From Nitrospirota bacterium (GTDB taxonomy: Bacteria; Nitrospirota; Thermodesulfovibrionia; Thermodesulfovibrionales; Dissulfurispiraceae), in assembly GCA_963790025.1 (NCBI GenBank), contig CAWBMP010000004.1:1-64000 (forward strand): DNA of 64,000 nucleotides, written 5' to 3'. The position numbers and the translations under genes are program-made. Within the stretch, counting starts at the first letter, position 1. Each line of letters opens with the position of its first letter. Shown here piece by piece: positions 1 to 11,259 of this stretch. The notes under the pieces are model-generated. The model saw nothing but the letters and a program-made list of their open reading frames with translations, was not told where the DNA came from and did not search any database.

Positions 1-289
1 CCGGAGGATTTTTATAGTTTTTAAGTAATTCCATGCCAGTTTCATTTTTATGAGGCTATTAATAAGCAGCGTGGAGCCGATTATTATCGATTGACAATTA
101 GCAGGAATTTAGCGTGAAGTGCTTGGCCTATCAACTTTAGTACCTCGGTGTTTCAGAGAAATAAGTCGCATCCGTGAGGTTCTCCTTGGTCTGAAGATCG
201 ATTGGGGATAGGCATATGATATGATATTATGTGATGCTTGAAAAAGTGCTCCATTTATGGCGCAGCCGAAATACGACCGGAAGTGCCTC

Positions 290-1078
290 ATGACCCGTCC
301 TCTTATTATCGGCATCGGCGGCGCCCATAGCGGCGCCGGTAAAACCACTGTTGCAGCAGCCCTGCTGAAACACGTAACCCATAATGAGTCATCCTCATTA
401 CCCATCACGCAATACCCGTCACGCATTACGCCCAAAAGATGGGGCGCCATCAAATATACGAAGACCGACTTTTACACATCGCTCATCGACGACAGGGCGC
501 TTCTCGACCGGAAAGATAAGGACACCGGCAAGCTCCTCAGTGCAGGAGCTGAGGAAGTTTTGTGGATACATAGCCCCCGGGAAGGGTTGGAAGAGATTGT
601 TGAAATGGCAATAGACAGGTTGTCCCATCTTGACGGCATAATTATCGAAGGCAACAGCGCAATTGAGTTTTCAAATCCCGATATAGTAATATTTATAGTG
701 GGTTCTATCGGAGAAATGGAAAAGGCCTCGGCACTCCGGTTAATTGAGCATGCTGATATTCTTGTACTTACTAAGAGTGGAAACCACTATCCCGAAAAAT
801 CAGGGGACGAAAACGTTTCTGCATGCCGCTCTGTATACTTTGACCCTGAAGATAAAACAACAACGAGAGAGTTTTTGGACTGTATGAATGAAGTGATTGA
901 AGAACATATATTGGACAAGATCAAACAATTATTGAAGGACAAGGCGGTGGACGGCAGACTCACCTGCTCCGCTGCCCGGCAGATAGCAGAGGAGTTAAAA
1001 GCGCCTTACAGGGAAGTCGGCAAGGCTGCCGACGAATTGAAAATAAAGATAAAGAATTGCGAGCTTGGCTGCTTCTGA
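290..1078 (+). CDS. MobB-like P-loop NTPase fused to a small C-terminal Cys-containing domain
   Basis: IGIGGAHSGAGKTT Walker A, DTGKLLSAGA and IIIEGNS motifs; C-terminal LTC...CELGCF. ATG 290 preferred over 257. Confidence 0.6.
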   Translation: MTRPLIIGIGGAHSGAGKTTVAAALLKHVTHNESSSLPITQYPSRITPKRWGAIKYTKTDFYTSLIDDRALLDRKDKDTGKLLSAGAEEVLWIHSPREGLEEIVEMAIDRLSHLDGIIIEGNSAIEFSNPDIVIFIVGSIGEMEKASALRLIEHADILVLTKSGNHYPEKSGDENVSACRSVYFDPEDKTTTREFLDCMNEVIEEHILDKIKQLLKDKAVDGRLTCSAARQIAEELKAPYREVGKAADELKIKIKNCELGCF

Positions 1079-1893
1079 TGGGGACCATACTTTTTGAACT
1101 GGCCCTATCCTCTTATTTTGCGGTAACCATTATCGCTATTATCGAGCTTTTCAAGGGAAGCAAAAAATCGACTAACGTGATGCTTATTGTCACGGGGATG
1201 GGCTTCCTGATGCACTCGGCAAGTATTGTCTTCCGTTATATTTCGGCCGGTCATCTTCCAATTACGAGCATGCATGAGGCGGCGTCCTTCTTCGCATGGT
1301 GTATTGTCCTCATATACTTTTTCCTGGAATACCGCTACAAGATCGGCATCATTGGCTCGTTTATTCTGCCTATAGTGTTCCTGTTGATGCTCTGCTCATC
1401 GCTGCTTCCAAGTGCTATCAGCCCGCTCAGTCCTGTGCTCCGGAGCTACTGGCTGGGCATACATACCTTCCTTGCCTTTCTCGGAAATGCCGCGTTTGCC
1501 GTCGCTTTCGGTATCGGCATTATGTACCTGCTCCAGGAACACTACCTGAAATCAAAACGTACGCACGGCCTTTTTAAAAGACTGCCGAGCATACAGGTGC
1601 TCGACGAGATAAACTATAAATTGATTACGCTCGGTTTTCCCCTTTTGACCCTCGCCATAATCACCGGCTCTTTATGGGCTGAGAACGCATGGGGAAGCTA
1701 CTGGCGATGGGACGCAAAAGAAGTGTGGTCTCTTATAACATGGCTCATTTATGCCCTTATCCTGCACATCAGATTAACGGCAGGATGGAGAGGCAAGAGG
1801 GCCGCCGTTCTCTCAATTATCGGCTTTCTTATCGTCCTGTTTACTTTTTTCGGAGTTAATTTCGCACTGAAGAGCCTGCATTCATTCTCATGA
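1078..1893 (+). CDS. ccsA: Cytochrome c assembly / heme-handling membrane protein, CcsA(ResC)/HemX family
   Basis: WWD motif WAENAWGSYWRWDAKEVWS; conserved His; TGATG overlap with the upstream stop. Confidence 0.85.
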   Translation: MGTILFELALSSYFAVTIIAIIELFKGSKKSTNVMLIVTGMGFLMHSASIVFRYISAGHLPITSMHEAASFFAWCIVLIYFFLEYRYKIGIIGSFILPIVFLLMLCSSLLPSAISPLSPVLRSYWLGIHTFLAFLGNAAFAVAFGIGIMYLLQEHYLKSKRTHGLFKRLPSIQVLDEINYKLITLGFPLLTLAIITGSLWAENAWGSYWRWDAKEVWSLITWLIYALILHIRLTAGWRGKRAAVLSIIGFLIVLFTFFGVNFALKSLHSFS

Positions 1894-3164
1894 AAATACT
1901 AGTTATCGGATTAAATCACAAAACCGCCGATGTTGAAACAAGAGAACAACTCGCTTTCAGCGGTCAAAAGTTTCATGACGGTCTCTGCGGTCTTAAGAAA
2001 ATACCGGAAGTAAAAGAGGTCGCCCTTCTGTCCACCTGCAACAGGGTCGAGATATATGCCTGCGTGGATGATGCCGGCGCAGCTGCTGAAGATATAAAGA
2101 ACTTTTTAGCCTCATTCCATGACATCGGCAGGAACGCCTTTGAGAAGTCCCTTTATTCGCATATTGAGTCTGATGCTGTCAGACATGTATTCCGCGTTGC
2201 TTCGAGCCTTGATTCGATGATTGTCGGAGAACCGCAAATCCTCGGTCAGCTCAAAGATATCTTTGATTTTGCCCTGAGCAATAAAACTACCGGCATACTG
2301 CTCAATAAATTAATGAAAATGGCCATTTCTGCGGCCAAGAGAGTGCGCACTGAAACAAAAATAGCTGAAAGCGCAGTATCTATCAGCTTTGCCGCGGTAG
2401 AGCTTGCAAAAAAGATTTTTACGGACCTTGCCGGAAAATCCTTTATGCTTTTGGGCGCCGGAGAAATGGCCGAGCTTGCCGCACACCACCTTGTCAACAA
2501 TGGGGTCAGGGAAGTCGCCGTAGTCAACAGGACATACGAGCGCGGGTGCGAACTTGCGGGCGAATTCAAAGGCAGGGCGGTAAGATTCGAGGACTTTTTA
2601 CACGAACTTGCTCATATGGACATTATCATATGCTCCACCGGCGCCCCTTCTTATATACTTAACAGGGAGCAAATGAACAACGTGATGAAGGAGAGAAAAC
2701 ACCGTCCGGTCTTCATCATAGACATATCCGTGCCGAGGAACATCGACCCTGAAATAAACAAGATAGAAAATGTCTATCTTTACGACGTCGATGACCTGCG
2801 GGAAGTGATCGACTCCAATATACTTGAAAGGAAAAAAGAGGCGGAAAAGGCCGAACTGATTATAGACGAGGAAGTCGCGAAATTTATCAAATGGATGTCT
2901 TCCCTCGATTCGGTGCCGACCATTGTAGCGCTCCGGCAAAAGGCTGAAGAAATAAAAAGTGAAGAGCTCGAAAAATTCAAAGGCAAATACCCGGACTGCA
3001 ATGGAGAGCGCTTAAAGGCAGTGGAATACCTTGCGGCGGCAATCGTGAATAAGCTTATCCACCCGCCGACATGTGCTCTCAAGGAAGATTCCGAAGACAG
3101 AGATGAATTGATAGCGATGATAAAGAAACTATACAAAATCGGAGGAGAGGACCTTGAAGAGTAA
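1890..3164 (+). CDS. hemA: Glutamyl-tRNA reductase
   Basis: [28 protein letters not shown]. Confidence 0.97.
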   Translation: MKILVIGLNHKTADVETREQLAFSGQKFHDGLCGLKKIPEVKEVALLSTCNRVEIYACVDDAGAAAEDIKNFLASFHDIGRNAFEKSLYSHIESDAVRHVFRVASSLDSMIVGEPQILGQLKDIFDFALSNKTTGILLNKLMKMAISAAKRVRTETKIAESAVSISFAAVELAKKIFTDLAGKSFMLLGAGEMAELAAHHLVNNGVREVAVVNRTYERGCELAGEFKGRAVRFEDFLHELAHMDIIICSTGAPSYILNREQMNNVMKERKHRPVFIIDISVPRNIDPEINKIENVYLYDVDDLREVIDSNILERKKEAEKAELIIDEEVAKFIKWMSSLDSVPTIVALRQKAEEIKSEELEKFKGKYPDCNGERLKAVEYLAAAIVNKLIHPPTCALKEDSEDRDELIAMIKKLYKIGGEDLEE

Positions 3165-4146
3165 AATCGTAATCGGCACGCGCGGCAGCGCTCTTGCCCT
3201 GTGGCAGGCGGAATGGGTAAAGGCCCGGCTCGAAAAACTTTCTCCCGGCTTGCAGATCGAACTCAACAAAATAAAAACCACAGGCGATAAAATACTTGAT
3301 GTCCCCCTCGCAAAGGTCGGCGGCAAAGGTCTTTTCGTTAAAGAGATAGAGGAAGCACTTCTGGATGGGAGTGCCGATATTGCTGTCCACAGCATGAAGG
3401 ATGTTCCCGCGGAGTTTCCTGCCGGACTTCATCTTGCCGTTATTTGCGAACGTGAGGACCCGCGTGATGCTTTTATATCCGGGCTTCGGGAAGGCCGATT
3501 CAGAGTGGCCGGTTTTAAGGACCTGCCACACGGCGCCCTGATAGGGACCAGCAGTTTGCGGCGCGCCTGCCAGCTCCTGAATAAAAGGCCTGACTTGAAA
3601 ATCAGTCAATTAAGGGGTAATCTCAATACCCGTCTCCGGAAGCTTGACGAGGGATTGTTCGATGCCATAATCCTGGCTGTCGCAGGTGTCAGGAGGCTTG
3701 GATGGCAAGACCGGATTACCGAAATACTCCCGCAAGAAATCAGTCTGCCCGCCATAGGTCAGGGTGCAATTGGTATTGAATGCAGGACAGATGATGACTT
3801 TATTAATTCGCTCATCAGTCCGCTGGACCACACTGAAACCGCCACTTGCGTCAGGGCCGAGAGGGCCATCCTGAAACGCCTTGAAGGCGGCTGTCAGGTC
3901 CCCATCGCCGCCCACGCAAGATTACATCCTCTGTCTGCTGACTCCCGTACCCTGATTATTGACGGTCTCGTGGGAAGTGTAACCGGGGACAGGATTGTTA
4001 AAAGCAGCATCGAGGGCGACCCGGAACATGCGGAATCTCTGGGCGTGCAGTTGGCGGATAATCTTCTTGCAATGGGCGCCAAAGAAATCCTCGAAGAAGT
4101 GTATGGCAGGACTCTCCCGCCGATTGATGAAGAAATAAGCAGCTAA
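3154..4146 (+). CDS. hemC: Porphobilinogen deaminase
   Basis: [36 protein letters not shown]. Confidence 0.97.
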   Translation: MKSKIVIGTRGSALALWQAEWVKARLEKLSPGLQIELNKIKTTGDKILDVPLAKVGGKGLFVKEIEEALLDGSADIAVHSMKDVPAEFPAGLHLAVICEREDPRDAFISGLREGRFRVAGFKDLPHGALIGTSSLRRACQLLNKRPDLKISQLRGNLNTRLRKLDEGLFDAIILAVAGVRRLGWQDRITEILPQEISLPAIGQGAIGIECRTDDDFINSLISPLDHTETATCVRAERAILKRLEGGCQVPIAAHARLHPLSADSRTLIIDGLVGSVTGDRIVKSSIEGDPEHAESLGVQLADNLLAMGAKEILEEVYGRTLPPIDEEISS

Positions 4147-4155
4147 GGAAGACAA

Positions 4156-5697
4156 ATGAAACAAGGCAAGGTTTATCTTATCGGGGCAGGCCCCGGCGAT
4201 ATAGGTCTATTGACGGTAAAAGGGATGCGCTGTCTCCAGAAGGCTGAAACGGTAGTCTATGACTTTCATCTTAATGCTCAGATCCTTAATTATATCAATC
4301 GTGATGCTGAATTTATCTATGCCGGCAAGCGCGGCGGGCATCATGCAATGACCCAGGACCAGATAAATCAGGCACTGATCGATAAGGCAAAAGAGGGTAA
4401 ACTGGTATGCAGATTAAAAGGAGGCGACCCCTTCGTATTCGGACGTGGAGGTGAAGAAGCGGAGTTGCTTGTAGCCGAAGGGATCGAGTTTGAGGTCATA
4501 CCCGGCATAAGTTCTTCCATAGCCGCCCCTGCCTATGCAGGTATTCCCCTGACACACCGTAAGTATTCCTCATCTTTCTCGGTAATCACGGGAAATGAGG
4601 ACATGACAAAAACTGAAAGTACAATTGAGTGGGCAGCCCTGGCTTCGGGCTTCGATACCCTCGTCTTTCTTATGGGGGTTAAAAACATACAGAATATCAC
4701 CCGGAAACTTGTAGAGCATGGGAAACACCCGGATACGCCGGCAGCGGTGGTACGATGGGGAACGCGGCCCGATCAGAAAACCGTCGTAGGTACCCTGAGT
4801 GATATAGCAGGACAGGTAAAGGAAGAGCACATACGGCCGCCTGCCGTGATGATCGTCGGCAATGTCGTGAAGCTGAGAGATACACTCAAGTGGTATGAAA
4901 AAAAACCGCTCTTCGGCAATAGGATATTAATAACCAGAAACTATACAGAAGAATATGCTCCCCTTGAAGACCTCGGTGCAGAAATATTCGAATTCCCCAC
5001 CATCAAAGTAGTACCGCCTGATAGCTTTGCGTCGCTGGATGGCGCAATAGATTTGATAGACTCATATAACTGGCTCGTCTTTACCAGCGCAAACGGCTTC
5101 AAGTTCTTCATGGAACGCTTTCTTGCAAAAAACAGGGACATAAGAGACCTGAAAGGTATAAAACTATGCGCCATAGGTGCCAAAACAGCAGAGGCCCTTG
5201 GAATTTACGGGTTGAAGGTGGATATCATTCCCGAAGAGTTTAACGCCGAGGGACTCGTAGAGACATTCTTAAAGGAAGCCGGAAGTCGGAAGCCGGAGAA
5301 CAAAAGCCTTAAGGGAATTAGAATATTATTGCCGAGAGCAGAGGCTGCCAGAGAAGTATTCCCCAAAAAGGTGAGAGACCTGGGAGGCGAGATAGATACG
5401 CCGGCTGCCTACTGTACAGTAAAACCCGAAAAGCACGGCAAAAGACTTAAACGCTTCCTGCAAGAGGGGCGTATATCAGTTGCCACTTTCACGAGCGCTG
5501 CCACTTTCACCAATTTTATTGAAATGATGGGGGATGATGCGATGGGCCTCCTGAAACCGGCAGCAATAGCAGCCATAGGACCAGTCACCAAACAGGCGAT
5601 TAATAAGGCGGGACTTACAGTCTCCATTGTGCCGAAGGAGGCAACCATCAAGGCCATGGTGGATGCAATAATAGAGAAATTTCAACGCAATGGATAA
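4156..5697 (+). CDS. cobA: Fused uroporphyrinogen-III methyltransferase / uroporphyrinogen-III synthase (CobA-HemD)
   Basis: GAGPGD, RLKGGDPFVFGRGGEE; C-terminal VFTSANG, FTSAAT, AIGPVT. Confidence 0.95.
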   Translation: MKQGKVYLIGAGPGDIGLLTVKGMRCLQKAETVVYDFHLNAQILNYINRDAEFIYAGKRGGHHAMTQDQINQALIDKAKEGKLVCRLKGGDPFVFGRGGEEAELLVAEGIEFEVIPGISSSIAAPAYAGIPLTHRKYSSSFSVITGNEDMTKTESTIEWAALASGFDTLVFLMGVKNIQNITRKLVEHGKHPDTPAAVVRWGTRPDQKTVVGTLSDIAGQVKEEHIRPPAVMIVGNVVKLRDTLKWYEKKPLFGNRILITRNYTEEYAPLEDLGAEIFEFPTIKVVPPDSFASLDGAIDLIDSYNWLVFTSANGFKFFMERFLAKNRDIRDLKGIKLCAIGAKTAEALGIYGLKVDIIPEEFNAEGLVETFLKEAGSRKPENKSLKGIRILLPRAEAAREVFPKKVRDLGGEIDTPAAYCTVKPEKHGKRLKRFLQEGRISVATFTSAATFTNFIEMMGDDAMGLLKPAAIAAIGPVTKQAINKAGLTVSIVPKEATIKAMVDAIIEKFQRNG

Positions 5698-5706
5698 AGT
5701 TTAGAA

Positions 5707-8310
5707 CTACCCCGAGGTAAATACTTTGTTTAAGACTTTGCTGAGGTCCTGGATTGTATAAGGTTTAATAAGAACGCCTTGGAAGCCGTATTGCTTATAA
5801 TCAGACATGACGGGATCATTCGAATAACCACTTGATACAATTGCTTTCACTGAAGGATCCATGTCTTGCAGCATAGCAACAGTCTCCGTGCCGCCCATGC
5901 CTCCGGGGATTGTCATATCCATAATGACTGCATCAAATGAAGCTCCTGTTTCCATTCCCCTTTTATAAGCTTCCAGGCCCTCAAGCCCATCTTTTGCCAA
6001 TGCACAATCATATCCCAACATATTCAGCATCCCTGCGGCGAGGTCCCTTATAAGTTCTTCGTCATCCATAACCATTATCTTTCCTTTGCCCCGGATGAGG
6101 TCATCTTCCTTATCTCTTGCTTTCCATATGTTCTGAGCAGATGCCGGAAGATAGATAGTAAAAAGCGCTCCAGCGTCGGGTTTTGATTCTGCAGTTATGC
6201 GTCCGTCATGTTTCTTTATAATCGAATAAGAGGTGCATAGCCCGAGCCCGCTTCCCTCCTCTTTAGTGGTGAAAAAAGGATCGAATACCCTGGATATATA
6301 CTCAGCGGGTATGCCGGGCCCCGTGTCTTTAATTGATATGACAACATACTTTCCAGGTCCAAGCTTGAGTGCATTGTCACGTCGCATAACAACATTTTGG
6401 GCATCTATACAGACTATCCCGCCATTCGGCATTGCCTGCTTTGAATTAATGATTAAATTATTTATGACCTGGTTAATCTGCCCCGGGTCAACTTCCACAG
6501 GCCATAAATCATGAGGAAAGTTATATTCACAACTTATATTGGAACCCCTGAGGATGAAGTCCGAGGAATCCTTGATGATATCGGTTATTAAAGTTGTTTT
6601 TTTCATGGGAGCGCCTCCTTTTGCAAATGTAAGCAACTGATACGAGAGGTCCTTTGCCCTCTGGGATGCCTTTTCAGCATCTTGAAGACTTTTCTTCATT
6701 TCGGCATGTGACATTTTGACCGTTTTTGCCAGCGAAATGTTACCGAGCACAGAGGTCAAAAGATTGTTGAAATCATGGGCGATTCCGCCTGCAAGAATAC
6801 CGAGGGATTCCAGCTTTTGGGCCTTCATAAGCTCTTCTTCCATTTTATGTTTTTCAGTTATGTCGCTGAAGACAAGAACTACCCCGATTATTTTGCTGTC
6901 ACGGTCCCGGATCGGGGCGCTGCTGTCGGTTATGATCCTTCTTGTTCCATCTTTTGCTATTAACACTGTGCTATTTTGAAGTTCTACGGTTTTCCCGGTT
7001 TTAATTACCTTGTCAACCGGGGTTTCGAGGCGCTCTCCTGTATGTTCGTTTATCACATGGAAGACCTCAGACAGATGCCTGTCAAATGCATCCTCTTGTG
7101 ACCAGCCCGTTAATTTTTCGGCCATTCTATTCATTAAAAAAATATTCCCCTCCGTGTCTGTAGTGACGACACCGTCGCCTATTGAACGCAGTGTAACAGA
7201 CAACCGTTCCTTTTCAGACTTTATGGCAACTCTTTCACTCTCCAGGTCCTGCACCATTGTATTGAAGGCACGTGCCAGTTTGCCGATCTCGTCATTTGAG
7301 GTTGTCCTAAAAAGTCTTGCTTCAACGCTTTTTTGGGGGAGTTCCTCAATATGTCTTGTCAACAACGATAGCGATTTCATGAAATAGTCAACAATAAAGC
7401 GGCCGATGAACAGGACAAATACTGTTATGATAATGATTGCAACTAACAGGGTCTTTTTTGCGCTTGCAATAGACTCATATGCTTCTGAAACCGGATAATT
7501 GGCTGCCAGTATCCAGTTTTTTGATTTCAGGCTTTTAAAGGTTGAAATCGCCCTGAGTCCCCTTGAATTTACAGTTTCACCCGTTCCCTCAAAGCCCTTT
7601 ATGGCCTTGTCAAAAAGAATATTGGCTCCGGGAGGTACATCCTGAGCTAAAATCCTGCTTGTGACTGGATGCACCACCATCGTCCTGTCCTTGCTGTAAA
7701 GATACATATAGCCAGTTTTACCTATTTTAATTTGTCTCAGCTTTTGAAAGAAGTTGTCCTTTAACAGGGAAAGGCTTCCGCCAAGAACAGCTATCATCTC
7801 CCCTTTGCGGTCACGAATAGGGGCCGTAAACATAACCGCGGGATCATGTCTGCCGTGTGAAGAAAGAAAAGGATTCCCGATACATGGAGCATCTGTTCTG
7901 ATGGTGGTTGTAAAATACTAGCGAAATGAAAAATCCTTGCCGACCCTCCCCGGCTTAACAGGCGTCTCCGCTATGAGACAGCCTGAAGCATCAAACAGGA
8001 AAAGGCCGTTGTTAAAGATCGAAAGTGCTTCCTTCCTGCTTTTCAAAAACTCGTTTGCCTTATTAGGATTGCCTACAAGGCCGGGCGTGATCATCGTGGA
8101 CAACTGTATCAATAAATTGTGCGTGGTTATGAGCTTATCGTCGAATTCATCGGCGAGCGCAGAAACCATAGCAAACTGTTTGTCAGCGATGACCTCTTTA
8201 TTTTTATTTTCAAAAAAGGTAAGCGTGAAATATGCGATAAGTGTTATCAGTACTATAACGAGGGATAAAAAAACAAGCGTGATTTTACTTTTCAGACTAA
8301 AATTTTTCAT
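5707..8310 (-). pseudogene. dCache-HAMP-PAS hybrid histidine kinase with one in-frame TAG at 7918-7920
   Basis: ORFs 7918..8415 and 5707..7833 share a frame and read through as [32 protein letters not shown], receiver domain. Confidence 0.8.
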
Positions 8311-8465
8311 GGCCTGTCTATTATTTCCCCGATCACTTGATTCATTTCCTATATATAGTAATACTATTCTTATCGTGTAAATCCCTGATATCTTTACTTT
8401 AAAGACCAAGAGCAAAAGTGGCTCGACAACCGGAAATACAGTCTATTCGGGTATAACTAATTGTG

Positions 8466-10412
8466 TTAAATAGCCTTTATTAAGTTCTTCAGACGTTTTG
8501 ATGTTTCAGCTTTAATCGCCTCATCACGGAAATAATACCGTTCGAATTCTTTCACGAACAAGGATGCCTTTTCCCTTTTATCCATATCATCGATCTTCAT
8601 TAAAAATTCCTCAAGGCCTTCGGATTTCATCTTAAAATAGCCGAGTTTACTTGTTTTTCTTAAGAATAGACTGAGGATGTGCTCTGATCTGCTTTTCCTT
8701 CCGTGCACCACGACGCGGACAACATAAAAGGCGCCGGCTAAAAGGCACGAAAATAGCAACCACCTGACAACACCGGTTTTCTTCAGCGAAAAGTTGAAAC
8801 CAGGCTTCTTAAGGCCTGCCCGCAGTGTCGTGAGCAGTGATAACTGGGCCTCGAAATTATAATTAATTACCACGGCATTCCAGTAATAGCTGAAAGTGTC
8901 AAACAACAGCCTTACCGGTAAAAACACATTCTTGTTTGGACCGGTGGCGCTGTCCGCGGGTGTCGGGTCTACCCTCATCCATCCCAGATTATCCATGTAA
9001 ACCTCAACCCACACATGTGCATTTTTTTGCTGGATTAAATAATACTTTCCAATTTCATTGTAGTAGCCTCCGCGATATCCGCCGACCAGCCTGGAAGGAA
9101 TACCGGCCATTCTGAGCATAATTGCCATTGCCGATGCAAAGTATTCACAGTTGCCATAACGGTATTTGAAAAGGAAGTCTTCCAGCGGGTACCTGGTCAA
9201 AGGCAGATTTTGAAGGGAGTACCTGTAATCGCCGTTTCTCAGAAAAGAAAGTATGGACCTTACCGTGGCCCCGGAATCATTCTTAACGGTTAGCCTGCGC
9301 GCCAGACCCACTATCTTCCCGTTGCCGGTCCCGGACAATTCCCCGGGCAATTGCAGGAAAAAATCTCTCTTGATCTCCCTCTCAGGCACTATTTCGGCAA
9401 GACTTGACGATACAAAATATTTAATCCTCCTGGTTATATTGCCGGATTGGGAAAAGGTCAGATCGCGCCGCCTCTGGATGCTCCGGAGAGAAATATTCAG
9501 CGGCTTATCGAGAGCAAAAAAATATTTATTATTATATGGTTCGAGGTAAATGGTTTGTTCAATGCGGTTGCCCCTAATATCATGCAGTGAGGAAAATTCT
9601 GAAGACGTTCGCGGCGAACTCTTCCATGAAACACCATCAAAAAAATCGAGTACTATGCCTCTCCAGTACAGTTGGTCCTCATTTATTTTTTCCATGCCTG
9701 AACGGAAAATAATCGCAGTGTCTTCCTGAATGCCTGAAACTGCTCCGAGCCTCACATTGTCCGTAAAACCTGCAGCAGCGGTAGTCGCTCCCACATTGAG
9801 GAAATCCAGCAGTGGATAACTGGTACGGGGGAGAATAATAAACAGCATTATAGCCACGGGTATAGAGACCAAAGGAATCAGCAGGGATTTCGTAGTAATT
9901 TTCATCACGACAGTGGCAGGCAAAGCCAGTTCCGTGTCCTGGGAATAATAGGTGAGGAGGACCAGAGCGGTCGAACAGAGTGCAGTCAAGGAGCCGACGT
10001 ACAAAAAAAATGCCATATCCAGCGAAAGAAGTGCTGCTCCGGCCAACAGAAATACCGACAGGATATATATCTGCATGTAGTCCCTGGACCTTTTTTCCTC
10101 AAATAATTTAACGAGCAGAAGGACCGAAAGGGCCTCAATAGAATGGAGCACGAAATTATCCATGCTCATTCTCATAAAGGTGAAAATGATAAACGATACA
10201 GCGGTGAGATTAAGCACCCATCGCGGAATAAAATGAATCTTCCTGTATTCGATCACCGCTGAAATAGAATAAAAGCAAGCAAACCCCACACCAAGCGATT
10301 GGGTCACATACCGCGCAACAGACAGAAACCCGATCGCCCCAATCGCATAAGCAAGCGCTGTTACAACATTTTCTATTCTGATCAGCCGATCATGCATTGT
10401 CATATAAAGCAA
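8466..10412 (-). CDS. Membrane transglutaminase-like protein (TgpA / DUF3488 type)
   Basis: N-terminal TM helices; GNCEYFASAM, HVWVEVY, W.RVDPTP triad. Confidence 0.9.
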   Translation of the reverse strand: MLYMTMHDRLIRIENVVTALAYAIGAIGFLSVARYVTQSLGVGFACFYSISAVIEYRKIHFIPRWVLNLTAVSFIIFTFMRMSMDNFVLHSIEALSVLLLVKLFEEKRSRDYMQIYILSVFLLAGAALLSLDMAFFLYVGSLTALCSTALVLLTYYSQDTELALPATVVMKITTKSLLIPLVSIPVAIMLFIILPRTSYPLLDFLNVGATTAAAGFTDNVRLGAVSGIQEDTAIIFRSGMEKINEDQLYWRGIVLDFFDGVSWKSSPRTSSEFSSLHDIRGNRIEQTIYLEPYNNKYFFALDKPLNISLRSIQRRRDLTFSQSGNITRRIKYFVSSSLAEIVPEREIKRDFFLQLPGELSGTGNGKIVGLARRLTVKNDSGATVRSILSFLRNGDYRYSLQNLPLTRYPLEDFLFKYRYGNCEYFASAMAIMLRMAGIPSRLVGGYRGGYYNEIGKYYLIQQKNAHVWVEVYMDNLGWMRVDPTPADSATGPNKNVFLPVRLLFDTFSYYWNAVVINYNFEAQLSLLTTLRAGLKKPGFNFSLKKTGVVRWLLFSCLLAGAFYVVRVVVHGRKSRSEHILSLFLRKTSKLGYFKMKSEGLEEFLMKIDDMDKREKASLFVKEFERYYFRDEAIKAETSKRLKNLIKAI

Positions 10413-11259
10413 GCTCTCGTAACATGCTTATCTTGAGCGCCTTGGACAAACCCGGCCCGTATACCGTATCTTTCATCTTAAGGCCCACAGGGATATTGTT
10501 CCTGAAAGCTTTTACAATAAAGTACGTTATGCATGAGATTCTTTCCTCTCTTTCCCGGATGTCGACTTTGTCGAAATCGATAAATATTGGCGTGTTGGAT
10601 TCCGTAGAAAATTCTTTAGTTTTCAGTTCTCCGGTCTTGGCGCTGGCTTTCCAGTGAATATTCTTGGAGGGGTCACCGGAAATATATGCTCTGATCGATA
10701 ACATATCACCGTCATATCCGGCTTTATGGCTGGCATGCTCCCCGCTGTGAAGAGTCAGGTTATCAAAAGAGCTGACCAGGCCACACTTTTTCACCTGCGG
10801 AAACACAACGGTCTCAAATGGACTGCCGATGGCCCTGTACCTGATAAAAAAATTGAAAGGATATATGGACGATATATGGAACAGTTCAGTACGATATTTT
10901 CCTCTTCGCGGAAAATAAAAATCCACATACTGTGTCCCGAAGCCGTTGGCCGGCACGAAAGGAAAGAGCACTTCCCGCCCGCCTATTCTCACCCTTATCA
11001 AAAATGCAGGCAACATTCGCCGCTTGTTTACCAGCGTGATCTTCACCGGGAAATGGGTGCCTGCAAAAAGTTCTTCCGGCAGATCGAGGGCCACATCCAG
11101 TTTCGATAAATTACGTTTGCCGAAAAAACCCGAAACACCCATCAAGCCCAGGAATGCCGATACTATAAGATATACCAGGTTATTGCCTGTATTCACTGCA
11201 GAAAAGCCGAGGAAGAGCGTCACGATGATGTAAATCCAGCCGGCCCTTGTAATTTTTAT
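10390..11259 (-). CDS. DUF58 protein (start uncertain: GTG 11223 or ATA 11259)
   Basis: AVNTGNN, IRAYISGD...IHWKASAK; lies between moxR and the transglutaminase. Confidence 0.85.
   Translation of the reverse strand: MKITRAGWIYIIVTLFLGFSAVNTGNNLVYLIVSAFLGLMGVSGFFGKRNLSKLDVALDLPEELFAGTHFPVKITLVNKRRMLPAFLIRVRIGGREVLFPFVPANGFGTQYVDFYFPRRGKYRTELFHISSIYPFNFFIRYRAIGSPFETVVFPQVKKCGLVSSFDNLTLHSGEHASHKAGYDGDMLSIRAYISGDPSKNIHWKASAKTGELKTKEFSTESNTPIFIDFDKVDIREREERISCITYFIVKAFRNNIPVGLKMKDTVYGPGLSKALKISMLRELALYDNA

Noticed and set aside
126..213. SAM-I riboswitch look-alike on the minus strand (GCCTATC/GATAGGC, AACCTC/GAGGT-ACTAA)
   Set aside because: No P2 kink-turn or pseudoknot, no GCAACC and no P4; at most an unassigned hairpin
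7918..7920. Genome-wide TAG reassignment
   Set aside because: TAG terminates several full-length conserved genes in this window
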